Below are positions 25,048-37,163 of a stretch of 64,000 nucleotides of DNA, piece by piece; position 1 is the first letter of the stretch, and each line of letters begins with the position of its first letter. The stretch comes from Macrostomum lignano (Eukaryota), in NCBI GenBank assembly GCA_002269645.1, contig NIVC01000478.1, positions 19,032 through 83,031 on the forward strand, given 5' to 3'. A program made the position numbers and the translations under genes. The notes beneath the pieces were generated by a model that saw only the letters and a list, made by a program, of their open reading frames with translations, had not been told where the DNA came from and ran no database searches.

Positions 25048-27904
25048 GACCGTGACTTGGCTGTAAGTAGAGACAATTTTTAACCCTTGCAAGATGGCAC
25101 ATTTGTGCATACAGCCAATATTTTGCAGTCACTAAACTTAAACCTACTAGACTTCATTATATAAGGATATATAGTCTGGCTCGAGCCCACACAGTTTGCT
25201 ACCCAACTGTCACTGCACTCAAGAACAGTGCTACTGAGAAGTAGATGAGTATGTCATCTGACTATATCATTAAAGTATGCTTTAGTTTCCAAACAAGGCA
25301 AGACAGAGTTCTGGTTTGCAATGGTTACAATAGTTACTAAGCTTGCCTTTCATATTTATTTGAACTAAACTGTCTTTAATTTTTGCTTTGGTGCTAAATT
25401 ACACGTTTTTTATCCCCCCCCCATGGGTCAAGTTTTATGCAACACCTGATATACCAAGGTATATACCTTAACCTTATAGTCTTGAATACATGTCATGCAA
25501 TTTGGGTGCAGGTCATTTTGTCTTAGCACTGTCAGTTTCTCTGCTATAGGTCTATGTGGAATAACCAGCAATGTGAGACAGAAACACTAGGGTAGATAGT
25601 TTATCAACATTGTGTCTAATAGAAACAATAATCAACAGTGAAGTAGCAAAACACATTTTCTTGCAAAGAGCCACATTTTTTAGAAGTAAGTAATTGTTGC
25701 TTTTTTAATTTTTCTACATTTAAATAACTTTTTTATCATTACTTTTGCTAATATTAATGTAGACAATTAAATAGTAAAACATTTTAAATATATTTTTTAA
25801 TAAAAAAATTCAAAGAATATACATTTACATACAGTTTTTCTATGTATATAAATACTTCAAAAGGGTTTAACTAAAATTATAAAAAAATTTTGTAACTGTT
25901 TTACTACTTGACCAATTTTAAAAACTAAGGTGTTTTTTACTGAGACAAATGAGATTTATGAAATAAAATAGGCCTAGATAAAAAGAAATACTAAAAAATA
26001 ACTTTCTGTAATAACTTTGAAGGCAAAGGCTGGCTTTTTGCACGAATTGGTTTGCTCTGCTGAGCTAAGAATTGCAGAGATACTAGAAAAGAAGTGCCCT
26101 TTCTAAGCAGAGTGGGAGGCACCTTTAAGGAAGTATATTTGGGGTGGGTACGCCCTAAGCTTTGTAGAGGGAAGGCATGAGTAGGACGCACATAGACAGT
26201 GGAGAGATACAAACAATGGGGTGAGTCACACGCAGGTGGAGAGATAGACAGAGAGAGATGTTGGAACCAGACAGACACACAGTGATTCAGACAAAGGGAA
26301 AGTGCATACACAAAACACTAAGAGTTTATAATGTCCATGGCACAAATGCCACACTTTCAAAAGCTTACTAGAATTCAGAGTGTAGAAAGATATTAATATT
26401 ATACTTTTATTTCATTGTTTTCCATTGTTCTATGATTGCAACTGTTTCATTTAAAATGAAAAAATAATTCAACAGATGAAAAAGGAAAATAGTTAATGGA
26501 TTCTTATATAGGCAAGAAAATCTATTGCATACCACATTTAATATTTTTTTAATTCTTAAGTGGCCTAATCTAATAACTAAACTTAAATAGCATGAAAGTC
26601 TACTACTACTATTCATAGAGTAACAAAAACTAGAGTTAGGCACTAGTCTATTAATAAGCATTAATCTGTTAATAGACATTAACCATAAATATACCTAATA
26701 AGCATGTAGATTTTTGTACTAATGAGACAGTCTAATAATTAGTTAGATATCTTGTTTGCTTGTTGTGTGCCTCAATAGTATCTTTATGCCTTAATCATTC
26801 TGCATGCCTTTTTCTATAGTTCGTTTTTAACGCGCAGTGTTCTCAAAATAATTTCTAATAATAGTAGTCTTACTGAATAAATAAATTTGCTCTAATAAGA
26901 ACATAATCTGTTATCATACCTTCTTGTAACTATTTTGTAGTATAATAATTTGTTAATATCTGTCCGCCATTTTTGCTGCTTTTAGTATAAAAGAAGCGAA
27001 ATATATTGAAAGAAAGCTAACCTGCTGCCTGGCAATTTGATAACCTGTTCACCTTGGCTTGCCGCCTTCAGGCTCCTGCTATTAGGCCTTAGTGCCGCTC
27101 TGTTCTAAAAATAGCTATTGAGTCAGACTTGTTTCTTTAAAGGCGAGCAGTCACCCCTTTATCCCCATATCCCTCTCTCGAGAATGTACAACCCCCCTTT
27201 TGACGAATTGCTACACCCCTCTTCACCAAGCCAAACAGGCGTGCAGCCTTTCCCTACTCCCTGACCCCTCAGCTTGACCTGGTGTTTGGCCAACTCCCCA
27301 ACCAGACTCCCTGTTAGCTCTGGCCTCAACTCCCACATCAGGCATATTGCCTCCTTATCCCACTAGGCCTGTTGCCTAAGCTATATACCCCTCATTACTT
27401 CCCTCACATCAGGCATATTTGCCTCCTTACCCCGTTAAGGCTTTTAGCCTGTCATTCTTTGATTAGGCATATTGCCTTCTTAATTCCCTATCTGAATCCC
27501 CCTGATGCCAGGCATTCCCCACTGAAGATTAGAATTCCCCCCTTTGCGCAATTCTCAGGCAACTCTGATCCACCGCGTAGCCATTTTCAGATTAGATTAT
27601 ATAGACAGTGTCTTGCCGCTAGGACACTAGGTTACCAGGAGCAACCTTAGGCTTACTCCTACTAGTAATAGTAATTGCATATTTCTTCCCAAATTCAAAG
27701 AAATTCCCGAAAATCCCTGGCAACCCCAATCCCCTTTTACAACAAATTTAGTGTTAGCAAAAGGATAAATTGTCCTCCCTCACGACCTTTACAACACTAA
27801 TTCAATGTAAATTGGACTAAAATCATCTGGTTTTGATTATTTTTTACCATAAGACAATGCAAAATAGATGTGTAGATGAAGAAATAGATAGGCAATTAAA
27901 AAAT

Positions 27905-28370
27905 TTCTGGATAAAAGCATACTTTGGTCCAGATTTATACTTGTTTTTCTAACAATTACTTATACTCCTGTTTGTCTACCTTGAACTAGACAGAAAGCCA
28001 GAGAATTTCTGGTATATTTTGGTTTATATTTATACCAAGTTTCATAGCCAGCAACTTATTCACCTAAATATCCATTCAGACATAATGACAATGGCAAAAC
28101 TTTTACTAATGAAAAATTTAAAGCATTTTGCTAACTTTATAATATGTGCCACTGCTACACTTTTATTATCCCCTATCATTCCTAGTCTAATGGACTAGTA
28201 GAAAGATTTAATAAACATTAAACAAGTGAAATTTATTCATTTGTCTAATTAATAAAGACCACAAAGATTGGGACTTACTGATACCCACAGCCCTTGTAGC
28301 CTTAGAAACAGATCCAATGCAACCATAGGCTTTTCCCTACATTTCCTACTTTTTGGTAGATAGAAAAGCT
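27905..28370 (+). mobile_element. Gypsy/Ty3-type LTR retrotransposon integrase relic
   Basis: Frame from 28087 reads DNGKTFTNEKFKAFC*LYNMCHCYTFIIPYHS*SNGLVERFNK. Downstream frames give KDWDLLIPTALVA and ATIGFSLHFLLFGR. These match the rve core (DNG...YHPQSNGLVERFN...DWD...GFSP.LLFGR), with stops and frameshifts. Confidence 0.85.
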
Positions 28371-28991
28371 ATATACATTGAGGTATGATAGGTAAATAGG
28401 GTCAAATAGGTAGTTTAGCATTAGAAACTTAGTGGCATTTAGTGGGATTGGTTAGAGAGAAGCAATAGGCCTACAACAACTTAATAACAGAGAGCTAGCA
28501 AGCTAGCAAAAAGCCCTCCTCCATGCATTTGTTAATCCGGATAGGTTACGCAATACTTGTTTGCATGTATAATGCTGACCATTTGCTGGTTTGATATAGA
28601 ATGACCTAGGTGGACTAATTTAATTGATTTGTGCATTGTGTACATGATTTCAATGTTGTTCTTTAGACTTGACTGGCTAGCTTTTAACTAAGGCTCATTC
28701 ACACTGACTTGAAATGAGCAACCCAGTTATGTGACTTGTGTACTTGGGGATAAAAAATGATATACAAATTGTGCAATCACACAAAATTGGCCAGGTTTAT
28801 TATTGTGTCAACAAGCCTTAAGTCCTTGCGAAGTTAACTTACAGGAAGGTATACTAGAATTTTTATTTAACTTTTGATGCACGCATGAATTTGGCTTTAA
28901 TAGCTAACGAGCCACTTAACAGCCAGGCATTTTTTTGTTATTTTAAGAAGCAACATTCAGATAACGAGAATTTAAAAAACTAAGCAATAAT

Positions 28992-30060
28992 ATGCAAGAT
29001 GAAGCCAAGAGGAACTGTCCAACAATTGCTAGGGTCTTTTGTAGCCAGTTGGTTAGCAGTCTTGTTGTACGGATCATGACACATACACAAGTAAGCATCA
29101 ATTTTTTTCTGTCGTGGCTTACCAGTCAAACAGTTTATTGGTTTTTATTGTAATTAATTATTGTTAATACAGATTTAATCCTGGACAAACGGTAGTAGTA
29201 CCGGCAGCATTTTTTCTATGCTAATATGCGATGATTCTTTTGCTGAAATTTGAGTGTCCGTGTTTGTAAGTTCAGTGCCGTGCAAGTGGCATCCCTGTCA
29301 ACTGGGCAACACAATTTGAATTGACAGTGCATTTGTAAAGCCCGGCACAAAATATAACAGTGCCAATAATGATCTAGAGATTTCGGCCAACACGTCAAAG
29401 GGTTTGATGATTAAACTTACCGATGAGCAAGTTCACATATGGGAACTGCGCCTTACTTTGAGTTGTATTAGCAACTTATGAGGAAAAAAAGTATGAAAAA
29501 TTGCGCACTGTATGTATTTAAAACAGGAAATGAAAAGGTCATAGCTATGAAGCCTAGCAAGATAGGTTCCTGAATAATTATACTGCTGTTCGGAATTTTT
29601 ACAGAGTTGTGGATGTCATTGGTATACTCGTTAGTTTGCAAACAGTAGTCCAGCTGCAGAAGAACAATGGCATGCAATTGCAAAAAGCTACAGTGACATT
29701 GACTGATCAGTCAGCTAAAAAAGTTGTGTGCACCTTTTGGGAAGCTTCTGCAGACCAGGTGGCAGATTGGCGAGAAGGCAAAATTCTTCTGCTTAAGGGT
29801 GCAAGAACTAGCAGGTACAAGGAATTTTGCTCAACACTTCCAACGCATTTTCTGTCTACCAGCCTAAGCTACCTGATACTGAGGGTTTGCAAACCTGGTT
29901 TGAGAGACAAACTCATGGCAAACTGTTGATTCCTACTGCAATAATGTCATCGCCACATCTTGGCTCACAAAGGCAACCAGAAGCAGCACAGATTACCATC
30001 TAGTTGCCTGCAAGGACAGCTGTAACAAAGATTGTTGTCCAAATCGAAAGCAAAGAGGTG
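28992..30060 (+). pseudogene. RPA70 (RPA1)-like OB-fold gene relic with introns, stops and a frameshift
   Basis: Exon 28992-29090 (..VVRIMTHTQ) and GT-AG intron 29091-29172. Next exon reads I*SWTNGSSTGSIFSMLICDDSFAEI*VSVF...VKPGTKYNSANNDLEIS (DBD-A-like). After acceptor 29604: VVDVIGILVSL...VTLTDQSAKKVVCTFW...LLKGARTSRY, then a frameshift near 29820, then GILLNTSNAFSVYQPKLPDTEGLQTWF (DBD-B-like). Confidence 0.8.
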
Positions 30061-31688
30061 GGTTAAACTATGATTTCATTGTTTCCATGCTAAATTATAC
30101 TCTTAAACACCTTTATTCTCAAGAATATGATTAGACGTAGGAAATAAAGTAGTGAATATTTAATTCATTTCATTTAATTGTATCTTAAATTTGGCAGAAA
30201 ATCTTCTTTGAGGAATAGTCCAACGAATGTTCAAGGTATCTTTGAGCTGAATACATTGCCAATGGCTCTGTCTACAAATGTGCATATTCATCAATGGAAA
30301 TTAAAGTTGACTAACATTAATTTACCTCTGAAACTAATTTATTTTTTGCAATTTTGAACCAAATAAATAAGGGATTAATTTAAAACTTATGGATGAAAAA
30401 AATACTAAAACCTAGTTGCTTTGCGATTATTATAAAGGAGCTAAGTATATTTTTATACTATATTGAAGAAGTTTATAGTGGGCTTATAGCAGGATTATTA
30501 CAGAACTGCTTTGGGAAATTTTCTAATCTTTCAGTAGACAGTTAGTCTATAGCTATATAGGGGCATAATCTTTATTCAGCATATAAGAATATACAATTTT
30601 TATAAACTGGCATAGGACTCATAACTTGTTCAACATTGGGGATAACCTGATGGGTAATAAATGATAGGCCTACTGGGAGTGTGGGTAATTTACATATTAA
30701 TCCAGTCTAATGTCTAATGATTTGATTTTCAGCCAAGTAGTTTTTCATTTTTATGCTCTGCAAATAGGCTGGGTTGCTAGTCCTTACTAAAGCCTATTTA
30801 AGAACAATGCAAAACTCATATTTTCTATGCTATATGTTTATATATTAGGCTATATTAACATTAACAAATTACTATCTATTAGTATTACTGATTATATTTA
30901 GACAATAGACATCCATTAACTAACTTTTACAATTAGCTTACTAAGCCTACTAAGGGCTAAGGTCAGGCCTAGGTCCCTAATGTCAAATGAAATGAAATTT
31001 AAAGCCTCAACTGCTCAAGCTCAATAAATTAAGATTAAGTAATGGTTTTTGTTATTAATGAAAGTTAAGAGTTTCATTAATAGTATACATTGTCCAATAG
31101 TAATACTGACAAAAATTAAAAACTGAAATGTTAGAACTAGACTTATGGTAGGGCCTATGAGGACAAGCCTGCTGCCTAGCCCAATAAATGGATTACAGTT
31201 GTTTCCGTGACAAGATATTTCAATGACAAGCAAAACTAAAGTCATTTTAATGAAAAGAAAAATACCCTTTTAGTGATAGCCATTCTGTTTTTAAACAGAA
31301 AATTAGGCCCTACCTTGCAAATCTTAAGGGATATTGAATCTAATAAAACTTGTCACCAAAATGACTAGGCCTATTTGTCACTGAAATGTCTGTCACCAAA
31401 ATGATTTGTCACCAAAACAACTGGTACCTAATGCTAACAATGCTATTAGTATCATGTCATTGATAGGGCTACAATACAATAGTACAGATACATATTTAGC
31501 ACCCAATAAAAACATTAGCTAAAGCTAGGTAGGGCAAGGGCCAGGCCAGCCAGGGGCTGTAACAGTGGCTGATGAGTGAAGACTGAAGAGTGAAGCAATT
31601 GGAAATTGTTTTCTATTACAATCGATGATTTTTTTGTTGGCTGTAGGCCTGGTGCCTTCACGCTTCAGCTGCTGATTAAAAATAGTTT

Positions 31689-32284
31689 CAACCCACTTCG
31701 GCGAAGGAATTTCCGGCAATAGTCAATAACGGCGAAATTGACTATTGCCTTTCGCAATGACCATTTCGTCTAAAGCTGACCATTTCGGCGAAAGATTTGT
31801 TCCAAGCTTCGCTGAAGATCTTTGTTGTTTAAGAAGAGAGTAAAAAGAAAAACGACGTACTTTATAAAGACTAATTTTATCGTGACACGTTTTTGTTTTG
31901 TCGCAGTTTAATTTAGTTGTTTTATTAGTCGTTCTGTTACGGTGGGATTTCAAAGTATGATTTTAGGAACTGGAAATTACTGAAAAACACACACCGTCAG
32001 GTCATCCCAATCTATCGAATGCATATCGATAGATCGCATGTACTTAACACAGCTACGAGCTAAGTCATAAGTTTTTAAATTTTCTAACTGCATATAATTG
32101 CAGCAATGAACAATTTATTAAAAGCTTCAATCTCCAGTGGTTTATTTCATTTGCAATTATATACCTGGCCGATCTTTTCGCCGAACTGGTCACTTTCTTT
32201 CGCCGCAATTTACATCCATTTAAATTAAAAATTTACTTTCGCCAAAGCGTCTATCGTCGAAAATTCCTTCGCCGAAATGGGCTG
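31689..32284. mobile_element. MITE with ~40-bp imperfect TIRs and TTCGCCGAA subterminal motifs; superfamily not assigned
   Basis: Left CAACCCACTTCGGCGAAGGAATTT vs reverse complement of right end CAGCCCATTTCGGCGAAGGAATTT. No clear TSD. Confidence 0.6.
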
Positions 32285-33558
32285 TCCTTAAAAAGGACAT
32301 TATCATTCTTATCATTCCAGTCACGACCATTTTGGCAACATAATGTTGGTACAATTCGGTAAAATCAAAATTTAATGTTTTTAAACTTTCTTAGTATTAA
32401 AAAAGTTAGTTAAAAGTGTTAAGGTAAACAGTTTAGCCATACTTACATAAAAATTGTTATTCTCTCTGTAATACATTGTGCAACTACGAGCCATTTTGAT
32501 TTCTTTTACAGGAAACTAGACAACTGGATTGCCGAATTTTCACATGATATGATGGATACACAAATAGCAGTAAAATAGGCCTAATCCTTCAGTCACTCAT
32601 AAAAGATAGTTCTATCTTAAAAACATTGGTTTATAATCTAATCTAATATTATCTAAATCTAAATATATTATGAAAAATATAATGGATATTTTTCTAGCCC
32701 CTAATCCTAATCTAATGGAACTTATTGAAGTAATAATCTAATAATTTTAGATTGCTTTAAAGCGAATCTAACAAGTTATGATGCATTGATGCTGCAATTG
32801 TTGATTGGCTGCACTGCATACTGTAGGCCCCTCCCTACTCACTGTGACTGCATCTGCATTGTCACTGACTAGGCCTAGGCCTATTTAGACTTTGTCTTAA
32901 TATAATATATGATATATGGTAGGCCTAGGCCTATCTAATAGGCCTATCTTAGTATAAATTTCTTAAGCCTATATTATATATTAATAGTCTTTGAAGAGCT
33001 AATAGGTCTATTCAAAAAAATGTATGCTGTTGTAGGCCTAGGGGGCTAGTTTATTGGAATATCTGTCATGTTATAGTGGCCTAGTGCGTAGCCCTGCCCC
33101 TTGGTTCTAAAATACATTGATCTAAATTTAGGATTTGAAATTTCTAAATTTGAAATATTTGTCTAATTTACCAGGACACAATTATTTAACAAAAGAACTA
33201 CTAAGAGAGAGTGGGAAAATTCTCTTTTAACAATTTTTTGTTATGCTAGAATGATGGAATGGAGCTACATAAGTACATAAAATTCAAGAACATAGGCCCT
33301 AGGCTAACTTTTTGTTATGCACCTTCTCAAACAAGAATCAAATTGTCAATTGTCAAGAATCAAATAAACCCTTTGGACTGCTATAAGGCCTATATTTGAT
33401 AATCATGTTAGTAGGTTAGATTTTCCCTATAAACCCAAGTGTATTTATTAAAACCCTATGTACCAATCAGCACTGTGCCTCAGTGCAGCCTTGCCAAGTC
33501 TCCAAACTTTATCAGCACAGCAACCATGTGTGTCTGTATTGACTATTAGCTCTACCTT

Positions 33559-33799
33559 TATACATGCGCAACCTTTCTGATTTACACTGGCCATGCGACT
33601 TACTTGTAAAAGAAACCTAACACAATTTTGGGTAAACGGCAGGAGTAACTATGGCTGTCTTATAACATCTAAATGCCTCATCATCTAATTAGTACTACAT
33701 CTGTATTCTCTAGGCTGGGAATTTTTGTGACTTACCCCTGGTCCACTACAATTTATCGTGGCCAGATTGGCTAGGTCGGCCAGTGGTTGCGCATGTATG
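33559..33799. mobile_element. 241-bp hAT MITE, same family as 16638-19552, opposite orientation
   Basis: TIR (C/T)ATACATGCGCAAC. Perfect 8-bp TSD TCTACCTT (33551-33558, 33800-33807). Both ends align to the ends of the long copy. Confidence 0.88.
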
Positions 33800-34635
33800 T
33801 CTACCTTTGTTGGTCATTGGCCTTTATCTAGAAGGACCTTTTGGACCATCAACAGGTGGCACAAGGTGACTATAGACACTTGATGCAAATTTCTCTAGTT
33901 TTGCTAATCAAGCCTTAACAGTAGGCAAACCTCAATTGCTAGGTATCCTCAGCTAGTCTCTTAAGCATTCTGTCATCTCCCCAACACTATACCTTCAAAA
34001 GATAATACCAAGTGACTATAGACATCCTATTGCAAAAATATATTGGATTTTTCTTATCAAGCTTCAATAATAAACAAGACTCAACTGCCAAAAATCCTCA
34101 GCTAGTCTCTCAAGTATTCAATCATTACCTAGACACCATTGGTACTTTCAACAGATGATACCAAGTTACTACAGATACCCTAATGTGTTTTTTCTATTTT
34201 TGCTAATCAAGCCTTGACAGTCACATGGTGTTATCTGTTGAAGGAGCCTGCAATGTTGGGTGATAACAGAATGCTTAAGAGACTAGCAGAGGATATCTAG
34301 CAGTTAAGGCTGACCTACTATTGAGGCTTGATTAGCAAAACTAGAAAAATTTATATCAGGATATCTACAGTCACTTGGTGTCATCTATTGAAGGTGCCAA
34401 TAGTGTCCAGCTCTAGTGCAGCATAATTTTGGTAATTCAATAGGTGGAAAAATAGATTAGTATTCCTATTGTTAATTGATATGCATCAATTATGTCTTGG
34501 AAAAATGTATCTAAAAGCATATTTTATATGTTGCATAATATATATATATATTCTAATTGTTGGAAAAAATGTTTAAATTTGTTATAAGTTTATCAGTGTA
34601 AAACTTTTTCTGTACAGTGAGGTTATCAATCCTAA

Positions 34636-36440
34636 ACGTAGTTACCATCATGATCAATAACCCTCTCCCAGTGTGTGTGCTAAGAGTAAATATCCTAGCT
34701 ATAGATCTTTGCATTGGCCCTAAAAGAAGTTTGTCAAGTGCATTTTAGGTTGTCTTCATTTTTAAACTCCTTGCTGGCCATAGAATGGTCAAAAGTAGGG
34801 GGCGACCCAGTCCCGGGCCCGGGCCCAAAAAGTTGGGAATCCCAACCAAAATTGTGGCCCGACCTAGGCCCGGGCCCGACCCTAAAAAAGTCAGGAAATC
34901 GGGACAAGTCTTTTTTCCCTAAAGGCACTAACCGCATCAAGACTCAAGCACTGCACAACTACAGTAACAGTTAATAGATGATATGATGTGAAGTAGCAAT
35001 ATCATTGATTCGTAGTAGGCTCTTAGCGTAAGCGTCAGCCACAGCCAGTTTCCACTCTCTAGGAAGATTGGATTTATTCCAGCAAGATAAAATTTAAACA
35101 TAGTTTTGCAATACTTTTTTGCAATTTTGATTCCACTTTACACGCTGCAGCCTAAAAGCAAAAATATGATTCTTTATTTAAAAAGTTGATTTGTCATTTT
35201 TAAGCTTTTGTAAATAAAATTTAAATTTCCTATTTAAATTCCAAGAAGTACCTACCAAGGGCCAAGGCTACCATTTTTCCAAGAAGTTTGCTATCTATCA
35301 GAGTTTGTAATTGTGTTTGTATTTGTATCGTAGATCTCAGATCTCAGGTATCGCAGATCCCAGGTAGGCAGTTATCAGCAAATTACTTGTATTTCCATTG
35401 TCTGTCTGTTTGCCTGTTCCGTTGAGTGTTGTGTTGTGTTGTCACTTCACTTGTGTTCTGTTCTGTTGTCTTGTCTTGTTGTCTTACTGAATACTGACAG
35501 TGTACATGGCTCTTTATTTTGAAGCTATGTAAAGGAACTAAAAATTCAAATATAAGAATCAATTGATTTGGTTCTTACTTCCTTACTGCTTCCAATGCCA
35601 AGTGCCTTACACTTAATGCTTCAGCTTTTCTTCTTTTTGCTTACTGCCACTGCCAGTGCCAGCCACACTGCTGCAGTGCCTGCTCCCTGCTTGCCTACCT
35701 CACTGCCTGTTAGTGTCACTGTCACTGGCATACACACAGTACTTGTGCCACAGTGACATTGAATTTGAACTATTGAGTATATTGATATTTGAGTATAAAG
35801 TCTTACAATGTAACTCTTATCTATTCTTAAGTCTTAACTAATGTATTAAATAATAATAATTTATTATATATTTATTATATATTTAATACTTATTATATAT
35901 TTTATATTATATTTTATTTAATATATTTATATATTTATTATCTATTTAATAGTAATCTGCATATGCTAAAAGTATTAAGACTTATTATGATGATTTTTTT
36001 CCAATTATTGAGCTGTCCTAAAGATCTTGTCCCGAATTCCCAAGGCCCGACCTGGGCCCGAGTCCTCATTCCTGGGCCCGACCTGGGCCCGACTTTGGCC
36101 ATCCCGGTCGCCCCCTAAAGCAGCAAACAGGTAATATAATTGGTGAGTGCAAGATCTGGGCTATATGATGGATAGGGAAGAATCTCCTGGTCCAGCTTGA
36201 GCAGCTTCTGATGGGTCAGCTGTACCTTGTGTGTAGGTGCATTGTCATGCAGCAAGATGACCTGGCAATGTTCAGGGTGCACCTTAGCTGGTTTCTGCTG
36301 TAGGTACTCAAGTTGCTCATGGTAGAAAGTAGCATTAATGTTCTTGTTCTTTAGCAGCAGCTCCCACATTATGATTCCCTTTGTGTCCCAATAGACTAAA
36401 AGCATGACTTTTTAGGGTGCAGCTCAGCCATTGTGAGCTA
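34636..36440 (-). mobile_element. Degenerate Mariner (DD34D) transposase remnant split by an insertion
   Basis: 36405-36118 reads MLLVYWDTKG...VILLHDNAPTH...LPYPSYSPDLALTNY. It resumes at 34795 as FDHSMASKEFKNEDNLKCT and ends WERVIDHDGNYV* near 34636. Confidence 0.87.
34796..36117. mobile_element. Non-autonomous TIR element, TAGGGGGCGACC termini, 3-bp TSD (AAG); Academ-like candidate
   Basis: 12-bp TIRs with AAG on both flanks. Removing the element plus one AAG restores the Mariner frame (LFAA-FDHSMASKEF). GGGCCCG-rich subterminal repeats at both ends. Confidence 0.72.
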
Positions 36441-36890
36441 GATTTTTCTGATTCGCTTTTGCTGTGTGCCCCTATGTGCTAAAAATTTTGCTTGGCTTTT
36501 GTTGTACACCATTCATTGCTTTAAGAATTTGACCTTAGTTTTTTGGTTAAACAATCTTTAAAACATCTTATAAACCTTCGATTAAATTTAATGGATATAT
36601 GAAATCCTACCTAATGTTTTTTAGGATGCCACAATCCTAAAATTGAAGTTAGAATGGGATATATTGATCCTAATCCTAAGATACCAGCAAAATGGAATCC
36701 CATCTCGATCCCAAACATTTTGATTTTGTCCAACCATTTGAACTTTAAAAACCCTACTATTGCTATCTAAGATATGCGCCATAGATTGTTGACATAGATA
36801 CAAAGTACAAAGATTTATTGCACTATCTGCACTTTTACCCCAAGAGATAAGAGTCTACTCTGCCCCCCCCACACTTGCAGCAACAGCCAA

Positions 36891-37163
36891 ATGGCCTATC
36901 GACCTCAGCGAGTCCAGAAGACCCAGGTGCTGCCAATCTCTCTCATATTTAGATTCCTACAAAGCCAAGCCCGAGTGCAGGTGTGGCTCTACGAACAGGT
37001 CAATGTTCGTATTGAAGGCAGAATTCTTGGCTTCGATGAGTTCATGAACATAGTCATGGATGACGCCGAGGAGGTGCACCTAAAAAGTCGCGGACGAAAG
37101 CGTATTGGCAGAATCCTGCTCAAAGGTGACACAATTACTCTCATTCAGGAGGCTTTGCAGTGA
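36891..37163 (+). CDS. SNRPE: Small nuclear ribonucleoprotein E (SmE), intronless CDS, 90 aa
   Basis: [48 protein letters not shown]...[14 protein letters not shown] contains Sm1 and Sm2 motifs. AATAAA near 37283. Confidence 0.95.
   Translation: MAYRPQRVQKTQVLPISLIFRFLQSQARVQVWLYEQVNVRIEGRILGFDEFMNIVMDDAEEVHLKSRGRKRIGRILLKGDTITLIQEALQ

Noticed and set aside
27372-27650. Pro-rich ORF and possible gag zinc knuckle upstream of the integrase relic
   Set aside because: Too degenerate to support a call.
28400-31600. Helitron termini around the RPA-like fossil
   Set aside because: No convincing TC start or hairpin-CTRR end, and no Rep/helicase sequence was recognised.
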